Positions 6,603-14,611 of a stretch of DNA of 18,591 bases are shown piece after piece (the first letter of the stretch is position 1; each line of letters begins with the position of its first letter). The translations under genes and the position numbers were made by a program. The stretch spans positions 1 through 18,591 of the forward strand of contig JBGSIV010000263.1 in NCBI GenBank assembly GCA_041742355.1, read 5' to 3'. The notes beneath the pieces are model-generated. The model had not been told where the DNA came from and did not search any database. It was given only the letters and a program-made list of their open reading frames with translations. This stretch comes from Candidatus Zixiibacteriota bacterium (GTDB lineage: Bacteria > Zixibacteria > MSB-5A5 > GN15 > FEB-12).

Positions 6603-8768
6603 ATGCCAAAATGTTCAGTCATAATCCTCTTCGCGGTGCTGGCCCTTGCGACCATCACCGTTGCCGAACCCCCCGACGAAACGTACCTGCAGCTGCAGGT
6701 CCACAAACTCACCGGCTCCCAGTACCGGCAGATCCTCGCTTCAGGGTTCGAAATAGTCGAACAATCCGGTGACACACTGTCCATCGTCGCACCGATGTCG
6801 CAGCTAAGCCTGCTCGAGGCGCACGGTATCACCTACACCGTCATCCACCCGGATCTTGAAGCATTCTACTTCTCCCGATCGATGGGACGCTCGGCCGGCG
6901 GATTTCCCTCCTTCATGGATATCGAGTACTTCCTCGACTCGCTCACCGCGGCGAAGCCCGGGATCGTCTCACCGAAATTCTCGCTCGGACAAACCGAATC
7001 CTTCGGCGCGGATATCTGGTGTATCAAAATCTCCGACAACCCCGCCGTGGATGAAGACGAACCGGAAGTGCTGTACTGCTCCCTCATACATGCCCGCGAA
7101 CCGGCCGGCATGGCCACCCTCTTAAACGTCATGCACCACCTCGCCGCCAACTACGGCGTCGATCCCGAAATCACCGCCCTGGTCAACACCCGCGAACTCT
7201 ACTTCGTGCCGTGCCAGAATCCCGACGGCTACTTGTGGAATGAAACCCTCAACCCCTACGGTGGCGGGATGTGGCGGAAGAACCTCCGGGTCAACGGCGA
7301 CGGCAGCCAGGGAGTCGACTGCAACCGCAACTATGGCTTCGAGTGGGGCTACGATGATCTCGGCTCATCCCCGTACCCCTCCTCCGACACCTACCGCGGC
7401 GCGGCGCCCTTCTCGGAACCGGAGACTCAGGCCATCCGCGACTTCGTCCAGAGCCACCACATCAGCATCATCCACAATCTCCATAGCTATGCCAACCTCG
7501 TCATCTGGCCCTGGGGCTACGACTACCAGTACTCCGACCGCGAGGACTTCTACGCAAACCTCGGCGACTCGCTGACTCAATTCAACGGCTACGCCGAAGG
7601 AATCAGCTGGACACTCTACCCGACCAACGGCGATGCCGATGACTGGGCCTGGGGGGATACCCTCGCCAAACCGCGCATCATCTCGCTCACCACCGAAATC
7701 GGCGGCAGCTCCGATGGCTTCTGGCCCGATCCCTCACGGATACCGACTCTCGTGTCCCAAAACCTCTACCCGAACCTCTACCTCGCGAAGATCGCCGACA
7801 ACCCGTACCGCATCGCCCCGCCGACACCCCCCCGAATGCTCCCGGCCGAGTTTTCCACCCAAAACCTCATCTTGCGGTGGTCGCCCACCGATTCGGCTAA
7901 CCCGGCCGTGGGGTTCCTCCTGACCGAACTGCGCGATCGCCGGCAAGTCACCGATGCCGCCGAGGACTATCTCGGCTACTGGTCTGAACGGGAAATGCGT
8001 TTGACCGATGCCCGGGCGTTCAGCGGCCAAAAATCCTGGCACGAACGCGTCCACGACGGCGAGCCCCACTGGCTCGTCCTCAACACTCCATACCACGTGC
8101 AACCCAACGACAGCCTCACCTTCCACATCTGGCACGACATCCAGTGGGGCGCCGACTACTTCTATGCCGAGATTTCCGTCGACGGCGGCCTCACCTATGC
8201 TACCCTGCCCGGGAATCTGACGACCAATTACAATCCCTACGGCCAGAACCGTGGCAACGGTATCACCGGCCAGAGCAACGCCTGGCTCCCCGCTGCTTAT
8301 GACTTGTCTCCCTGGACCGGCCAATTCGCTACCTTCCGCCTCATGTACCTCACCGACGGTTACGGCCACGGCGAGGGAGTGTATATCGACGACATTTCCC
8401 CCCTCGACGTGTACGATGTGGTCGACACCGTGGTCACCGCCTTAGCGGACACCTCCTACACCTTCGCCTCGAAAACGCCCGGCGACTACTGGTACCGGGT
8501 CACCGCCACCGACGCCGAGAACCAGGAATCGCGCTGGTCCAACCTCGTCCTCGCCGCCAAAGTGGCGCTGCAGGGAGATGTCGATGGCTCCGGCAAGATC
8601 AACGTGGCCGATGTGATCTATCTTGTGGCGGCGCTCTTCCGCGCTGGACCCCAGCCGATCTCCCCGGAGGCCGGCGACATCAACTGCTCGGGTGGGATGA
8701 ATGTCCAGGATATCACTACGCTCGTGGGGGTTCTCTTCCGCGGCCAGGCCATGCCCCCATGCGACTGA
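6603..8768 (+). CDS. Secreted M14 zinc carboxypeptidase (carboxypeptidase T-like) with beta-sandwich/FN3-like region and C-terminal type I dockerin
   Basis: Signal peptide and propeptide-like N-region. Zn ligands HARE and LHSY; NPDG, WRKN, GVDCNRNY, YRGAAPFSEPET; catalytic Glu in TTEIG. Middle region YFYAEISVDGG...W....YDLS.WTGQ...FR..Y.TD.....EGVYIDDI. FN3 end YWYRVTATDAENQES. Duplicated Ca-loops GDVDGSGKINVADV and GDINCSGGMNVQDI at 8574-8765. Confidence 0.92.
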   Translation: MPKCSVIILFAVLALATITVAEPPDETYLQLQVHKLTGSQYRQILASGFEIVEQSGDTLSIVAPMSQLSLLEAHGITYTVIHPDLEAFYFSRSMGRSAGGFPSFMDIEYFLDSLTAAKPGIVSPKFSLGQTESFGADIWCIKISDNPAVDEDEPEVLYCSLIHAREPAGMATLLNVMHHLAANYGVDPEITALVNTRELYFVPCQNPDGYLWNETLNPYGGGMWRKNLRVNGDGSQGVDCNRNYGFEWGYDDLGSSPYPSSDTYRGAAPFSEPETQAIRDFVQSHHISIIHNLHSYANLVIWPWGYDYQYSDREDFYANLGDSLTQFNGYAEGISWTLYPTNGDADDWAWGDTLAKPRIISLTTEIGGSSDGFWPDPSRIPTLVSQNLYPNLYLAKIADNPYRIAPPTPPRMLPAEFSTQNLILRWSPTDSANPAVGFLLTELRDRRQVTDAAEDYLGYWSEREMRLTDARAFSGQKSWHERVHDGEPHWLVLNTPYHVQPNDSLTFHIWHDIQWGADYFYAEISVDGGLTYATLPGNLTTNYNPYGQNRGNGITGQSNAWLPAAYDLSPWTGQFATFRLMYLTDGYGHGEGVYIDDISPLDVYDVVDTVVTALADTSYTFASKTPGDYWYRVTATDAENQESRWSNLVLAAKVALQGDVDGSGKINVADVIYLVAALFRAGPQPISPEAGDINCSGGMNVQDITTLVGVLFRGQAMPPCD

Positions 8769-8840
8769 GTCCCTTGCGGCCATAGTCCTTCACCTGTTGT
8801 GCCGCAGCGAGTTTTGTGAAAAACGTCACCAGATAATCTG

Positions 8841-8870
8841 TTGACAAAGCCCGCCCTGCGGTGTTTATTT
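8841..8870 (+). promoter_or_regulatory. Probable sigma70 promoter for the beta-barrel gene
   Basis: Consensus TTGACA at 8841-8846, then an AT-rich TTTATTT at 8864-8870 after 17 nt. The -10 is imperfect. Confidence 0.5.
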
Positions 8871-8971
8871 CCCGCAATTACGCCGGACGAAATTGCCGTT
8901 GCACAGAATCCGGCGGCATATGCGTCTTTAAGTGGCAATGATGTGACTCTATACATACCGGGGATAGGCGA

Positions 8972-9664
8972 ATGACGAAAGCATCTGTAACGATTATCGC
9001 TGCTGTTCTGCTGCTGGGCAGTCTCAACGTGTGCGCGCAGGAAGAGGTCGTCACAAAGGACATTCTGGAAATCAGCCTGTACGGCGGGCTCGGTGTCCCG
9101 ACCGGGGGAATCTCCGACTGGACCACCGGTCCGCTGCCGGTGCTCGACAAAACCTATGAGCGCGCGGCCAAGACCGGCTGGGATATCGGCATTGACCTCG
9201 GCTACTATGTCACCACGAAGCTGACCGCCGGGCTCAACTTCCAGTACAGCCAGTTCGGGGTCGATGCTCCCGAATCCGAAGCCGGAGGTCACGCCCACCG
9301 GCTGTTCAACCCGAATCTCTATGCCCGCTACAGCTTCGAGGGCGAGTCGTTCTTCGTGCCGTACAACAAGGCGCATGTCGGCCTGGAGAACCCCAAATTC
9401 AGCACCCTCGTTTTCGACGAGAACTCCGACGACGTCAAATTCCGCGAGCTGTCATATGACCCGTCCCTGGCCTATGGCCTCGGTGTCGGCCTGTTCTACT
9501 ACACCGCCGACTACTCCGGCATCTACCTCGAGGCCGGCTACCACACCGCCATGACCGAGGATGCCGAGGGAACGTACCAGGGTAACACCTACGTATTTGG
9601 TGAAAACACCAGCGTCTTTACCCTCAACTTCGGTGTAAAACTGATTGTCGGCTCCGGCGACTGA
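8972..9664 (+). CDS. Small outer membrane beta-barrel protein (probably 8-stranded)
   Basis: Signal peptide (..LNVCA-Q). Amphipathic strands ISLYGGLGVP, WDIGIDLGYY, LTAGLNFQYSQF, PNLYARYSF, LAYGLGVGLFYY, IYLEAGYH, FTLNFGVKL. Confidence 0.8.
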   Translation: MTKASVTIIAAVLLLGSLNVCAQEEVVTKDILEISLYGGLGVPTGGISDWTTGPLPVLDKTYERAAKTGWDIGIDLGYYVTTKLTAGLNFQYSQFGVDAPESEAGGHAHRLFNPNLYARYSFEGESFFVPYNKAHVGLENPKFSTLVFDENSDDVKFRELSYDPSLAYGLGVGLFYYTADYSGIYLEAGYHTAMTEDAEGTYQGNTYVFGENTSVFTLNFGVKLIVGSGD

Positions 9665-9682
9665 GCGTAAGCAAGACCACGT

Positions 9683-9711
9683 AAGCCCGTCGGATTCCGG
9701 CGGGCTTTTTT
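9683..9711 (+). terminator. Rho-independent terminator
   Basis: AAGCCCGTCGG-att-CCGGCGGGCTT followed by TTTT. Confidence 0.85.
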
Positions 9712-9768
9712 ATGCCGCACACACCGGCGGAAATGCGTTGAGCGATAGGGGCGAAAACCGGGAGATCC

Positions 9769-11127
<1,359 letters not shown>

Positions 11128-11154
11128 GTAATCTCCCACCCTTAGACCCCCCTC

Positions 11155-11198
11155 CAATTTCTGTGCCCCACCCGCCCCTGACGCACAATTTCTGTGCG
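11155..11198 (+). promoter_or_regulatory. Tandem enhancer (UAS) for a bacterial enhancer-binding protein
   Basis: CAATTTCTGTGC occurs twice, at 11155-11166 and 11186-11197 (31-bp period). The second copy sits in the perfect palindrome CGCACA-N5-TGTGCG (11182-11198), similar to the NtrC site TGCACC-N5-GGTGCA. Confidence 0.7.
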
Positions 11199-11262
11199 CG
11201 AAATCTCGTACCGAACCGTCAACGACTCATGTAACTATCGCAAGTACAACACCTTGCCGAAC

Positions 11263-11279
11263 CCGGCACGCCGTTTGAC
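11263..11279 (+). promoter_or_regulatory. Sigma54 (-24/-12) promoter
   Basis: ccGGCACGccgtTTGAc versus consensus TGGCACG-N4-TTGC. Spacing is exact, with GA in place of GC at -12. Lies about 65-110 bp downstream of the UAS and about 50 bp upstream of the lipoprotein ATG. Confidence 0.65.
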
Positions 11280-11330
11280 TGTAAGACCAGTGACAGGAAA
11301 GCCAATAACTGACCAGGCAGGAGATAGACT

Positions 11331-12200
11331 ATGAAAAAGGCATGCACATTTGGAATCCTACTTCTCGCCCTGTTTGCCTTTACCGGCTGCGAAGATGACG
11401 ACGAAATCAACGACCCCCGCCCGCAGCCGCCCCAGGGAGTGTTCTCCATCACCGGCGACGGCGCAGTCAAACTCTGGTGGGCCGGCCCCTACGAACGGGA
11501 TATCGATGAGTTCTGGATCTACCGCGCGACTTCGCCCGACGATGTCGAGCCCGACCAGTACCAATTCCTGTTTGCAGTCGACGCCGACGATAACCCGGAT
11601 CTCGACCTGGTCTGGTACAACACGAGCGATGAATCCGCCGCCAACGGCGTGACCTACTGGTACGCCATCGCCTCGGTCGACTTCGCCGGACAGGTGTCCG
11701 ACCTCTCGGCCGAATCGATCTTTGACACCCCGCGCCCCGAAGGGGTGGTGACACTATATGATATCTCAGTGTCACTCGCGAACTCCGGCTTCGACTTCGG
11801 CGGCAAAGCCCGGATGTCCGCGGATAACGCCACTACCGACGTCTACGTCGACAGCTTCGAAGGCATCCTCTACCTGAACGCCGGCAATACCGACGGAACA
11901 CACCTGACCGACATCCAGGACATGGGCTTTACCGGCGACTGGGATGCGATCGGCTACGCCCCCACCGAAGGCTGGTCGGACCTCGGATTTGTTGAACTCA
12001 TCCTCGGCCACACCTACATCATTTGGACCGACGACGAGCACTTCGCGAAAATGCGCGTGATTGATATTGACCCGGGCGGCACCGTCCAGTTCCAGTGGGC
12101 CTGGCAGCCGCAGGTCAACAATCCCGAATTGAAACCGGCCGTGCCCGGCGACTCACAGGCCGCCACGGCGACGAACACGAAAGCTTCGGCTTCAAAGTAA
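11331..12200 (+). CDS. Lipoprotein with N-terminal FN3-like domain and C-terminal beta domain reminiscent of HmuY-like proteins
   Basis: SD AGGAG; MKK plus hydrophobic core and lipobox FTG-C, followed by EDDDE. FN3-like PQPPQG...VKLWW...IYR...NGVTYWYAIASVDFAGQVSDLS. C-terminal GHTYIIWTDDEHFAKMRV...VQFQWAWQP. Confidence 0.85.
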   Translation: MKKACTFGILLLALFAFTGCEDDDEINDPRPQPPQGVFSITGDGAVKLWWAGPYERDIDEFWIYRATSPDDVEPDQYQFLFAVDADDNPDLDLVWYNTSDESAANGVTYWYAIASVDFAGQVSDLSAESIFDTPRPEGVVTLYDISVSLANSGFDFGGKARMSADNATTDVYVDSFEGILYLNAGNTDGTHLTDIQDMGFTGDWDAIGYAPTEGWSDLGFVELILGHTYIIWTDDEHFAKMRVIDIDPGGTVQFQWAWQPQVNNPELKPAVPGDSQAATATNTKASASK

Positions 12201-12220
12201 CTGGAAAGAGGTGATACATC

Positions 12221-13876
12221 ATGATGCGGCAATTGACTAACACACTGATTGTGGCGCTCGCGGCGATCTTCATCGCGACGCCGGCAGTCATGTCGCAGCA
12301 GGGCGAGGATCGGGTGTATCGGGACGAGGACGACCGGTCCTACGACAACGGCTACGACAACGGGGAACGCGCCCGCGTGGATCGCTACCTCGGCGTCGAG
12401 ATCTGGCCGAACCATCACGACGGCGAGTACTATGAAGGGGACCGCATTACCCTGAATTTCCGCGCCAACCGCGACGCGTTCGTGGCGATCTACAGCATCG
12501 ACTCGCGCGGCCGCGTCAACATGCTGTTCCCGTCCAGCCCGAACGGCGACAACTTCATTCAGGGCGGCGTGACCCACCAGCTCCCCTCCGGCTACGATGA
12601 CTACGACCTCGTCGTCTCCGGCCCGGATGGCGTGGAGAACATCCAGATCATCGCCTCCCGCGAACCCTTCCCGGTTCCGGATTGGTATCCGGCCTCGGGT
12701 CTGGTTGCCGACGACGATGACCGCATGGCGTACATGGACTGGCTGAACGAACGCTACTTCGTGCGCTACGGCGGCCAGCGGTTCGCCTACGACCGCACCG
12801 CGATCTACATCAACGAGTGGGAAGACTACTACTTCCGGCCGGTCTACTACCCGACCTACCACCCCTGGACTCTGGCCGGCAACGTGTACATCGACTACCC
12901 GTGGGGCTCCAGCGTCTACATCAACGGCATCTACTGGGGCTGCGCGCCGCTGTACCTGCCGCGCGTGTACGTCGGCTGGCACACCATCACGATCTACGAC
13001 CGCTGGGGCTACTGCTGGGAGTCTGACTTCCACGTCTCCCGCTACAACACGCTCGTTCTCAACGTCGACGTGATCCATACCTCCGCGCACGTCAAGTCGA
13101 AATACCGCGAAGTGCGCGAGGCCGGCTACCGCGACCCGGTGAAACACGGCTACCCGAACTACTCCCAGAAAGTGGCTTCCATCGAGAAGTCGGGCAAGAT
13201 CCGGACCCGCGAACTCACGGTCACTAAGGCCGACGGTCAGCGGGTCACGGAACGCGTGATCGATGCGCCGAAGAAGCACATCCGCGGTACAACCCAACTG
13301 GTCAAGACCGAACGCGGAATCGAATCCTCTGCGATCTCGCCGAACGATAACGATCAGAACATCTTCGGCCGCTCCAACAAGGGGCGTGGCAGCATCGACA
13401 ACACCTCGCGCGGCAGTTCCGACGGCTCCGGCGGATACATCGGCTCCGGCAAAGGCCGCACGTCAGGCGGCAGCCTCGACACCGACCGCGGCAGCAGTAC
13501 CGGCAAAGGATCACGCGGAACGGTTGACACCGACCGCGGACGCAACGACGGCGACTACTACCAGAAAAAATCGGGCGACCGCAAACCGGGCTACCAGCCC
13601 GGCCAGGGCAGCGCACCGAGTGACCGTGGAAGCCGAGGATCCGATCGGAAGGTGAAGGACAAAGGCGCGCAGCGCGAGTCCGCCCCGGCTCCCGCCCAGC
13701 CGCAGGTAAAACCCGCGGAAAAGCCCCAGAGCAAAGGATCGTCGGGCAAGGTGGAAAGCAAACCGGCGCCGGCTCCGACCCCCAAGAGTTCCGGCAATTC
13801 CGGCGGGAGCAAGAGCTCGGGCGGCGGAAGCAAAAGCTCCGGCGGCAGCCGCGACGGCAAAGGGAAAGGCCGCTGA
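12221..13876 (+). CDS. Secreted DUF4384 + PEGA-like domain protein with a long Gly/Ser/Lys/Arg-rich disordered C-terminus
   Basis: SD GAGGTG; signal peptide. DUF4384-like YYEGDRITLNFRANRDAFVAIYSIDSRGRVNMLFP...VSGPDGVENIQIIAS (~12389-12670). PEGA-like GNVYIDYPWGSSVYINGIYWGCAPLYL..VYVGWHTITI...GYCWE (~12878-13066). Low-complexity tail. Confidence 0.82.
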   Translation: MMRQLTNTLIVALAAIFIATPAVMSQQGEDRVYRDEDDRSYDNGYDNGERARVDRYLGVEIWPNHHDGEYYEGDRITLNFRANRDAFVAIYSIDSRGRVNMLFPSSPNGDNFIQGGVTHQLPSGYDDYDLVVSGPDGVENIQIIASREPFPVPDWYPASGLVADDDDRMAYMDWLNERYFVRYGGQRFAYDRTAIYINEWEDYYFRPVYYPTYHPWTLAGNVYIDYPWGSSVYINGIYWGCAPLYLPRVYVGWHTITIYDRWGYCWESDFHVSRYNTLVLNVDVIHTSAHVKSKYREVREAGYRDPVKHGYPNYSQKVASIEKSGKIRTRELTVTKADGQRVTERVIDAPKKHIRGTTQLVKTERGIESSAISPNDNDQNIFGRSNKGRGSIDNTSRGSSDGSGGYIGSGKGRTSGGSLDTDRGSSTGKGSRGTVDTDRGRNDGDYYQKKSGDRKPGYQPGQGSAPSDRGSRGSDRKVKDKGAQRESAPAPAQPQVKPAEKPQSKGSSGKVESKPAPAPTPKSSGNSGGSKSSGGGSKSSGGSRDGKGKGR

Positions 13877-13935
13877 TCGACAATGAGTGCGCGGACCCCG
13901 GATAACACCGGGGCCCGCCTTCTGCGGAGGATACG

Positions 13936-14394
13936 ATGATCAAACAGGTACTGACAGTGTTGTTCTGCGGAATGCTCCTGGTCGCATGGACCGGCTCCGC
14001 CGTCGCCGTCGAGAAGAAGGCGCGCGACAAGAAGGGAAAACAGGAGCAATCCACCCAAACCGACACAAAGGCGAAGAAGGACACCACAGCCAGAGCCGAC
14101 ACCACGAAAAAGAACTCCACCACCCAGCCGTCCGCGGGAAGCGCCAACCAGGCAACGAACGCCACCCCCCGGCAGTTCGACACGTTCATCGACAAGAACA
14201 ACAACGGCATCGACGACCGCCGGGAGAACCTGAAGAACAAGGCGGTCGCCAAGGACCAGGAATCGAAGAAGAAGCCGCCCGCTCCCGCCACTACGTCGTC
14301 ATCGACCGCCAAGAAGTCGGACCCGAACACGAAAGCCGCCGCCAAGTCCGACAAGAAGTCCGACAGTTCCAAGAAGGACGGCGACAAAAAGTAA
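13936..14394 (+). CDS. Small secreted Lys/Thr-rich, probably disordered protein with one DxNxNG Ca-binding-like loop
   Basis: SD GGAGGA at 13926-13931; signal peptide MIKQVLTVLFCGMLLVAWTGSAVA; motif FIDKNNNGIDD at ~14185-14217. Confidence 0.78.
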   Translation: MIKQVLTVLFCGMLLVAWTGSAVAVEKKARDKKGKQEQSTQTDTKAKKDTTARADTTKKNSTTQPSAGSANQATNATPRQFDTFIDKNNNGIDDRRENLKNKAVAKDQESKKKPPAPATTSSSTAKKSDPNTKAAAKSDKKSDSSKKDGDKK

Positions 14395-14424
14395 GATACC
14401 GTACTGTCACCTCACAGGTTCAGT

Positions 14425-14480
14425 TGGTTCGGAAAGCCGGATACGCCCGTATCCGGCTTATTCGTCTCAGTTCCGAACCA
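14425..14480 (+). terminator. Nested stem-loop at the end of the sigma54 operon (probable terminator or stabiliser)
   Basis: Inner stem AAGCCGGATAC-gccc-GTATCCGGCTT (14434-14459). Outer perfect stem TGGTTCGGAA (14425-14434) / TTCCGAACCA (14471-14480). Poor U-tail. Confidence 0.5.
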
Positions 14481-14515
14481 CTATCCAAAAGACCTTTTCC
14501 CGGAATCATTTGCCC

Positions 14516-14543
14516 TTGACTTGCGTTATAAATCATGTACATT
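14516..14543 (+). promoter_or_regulatory. Sigma70-type promoter of the hrcA-grpE-dnaK-dnaJ operon
   Basis: TTGACT (14516-14521), 16 nt, TACATT (14538-14543), directly upstream of the CIRCE-like site. Confidence 0.65.
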
Positions 14544-14545
14544 TG

Positions 14546-14572
14546 TTAGCAGTCTGGCAGAGATGCTGCCAG
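14546..14572 (+). promoter_or_regulatory. Degenerate CIRCE operator (HrcA site)
   Basis: TTAGCAGTC-N9-TGCTGCCAG versus consensus TTAGCACTC-N9-GAGTGCTAA. Left arm matches 8/9; right arm is weak. Lies between the promoter and hrcA. Confidence 0.55.
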
Positions 14573-14611
14573 ATTGGCAGAACCTTCGTCACCTAAACGG
14601 GCTAAGTCGTT

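Noticed and set aside
9620..9664. Beta-barrel lacks a terminal Phe
   Set aside because: The last strand FTLNFGVKLIV still looks like a beta-signal with a short tail, which is common; not evidence of a pseudogene.
13446..13539. Short direct repeats as a possible CRISPR or mobile-element trace
   Set aside because: Only two copies, in frame within a low-complexity coding tail; no cas or transposase genes.
12014..14387. Long minus-strand ORFs (427 aa and 361 aa) and the + strand 13887..14519 ORF
   Set aside because: Shadows of well-supported + strand genes that have SDs and signal peptides.
14492..14503. 12-mer ACCTTTTCCCGG shared with 2199-2210
   Set aside because: The copy upstream of hrcA lacks the AAAC and the CGTA at N16, so it is not a second ECF promoter; one shared 12-mer can be chance.
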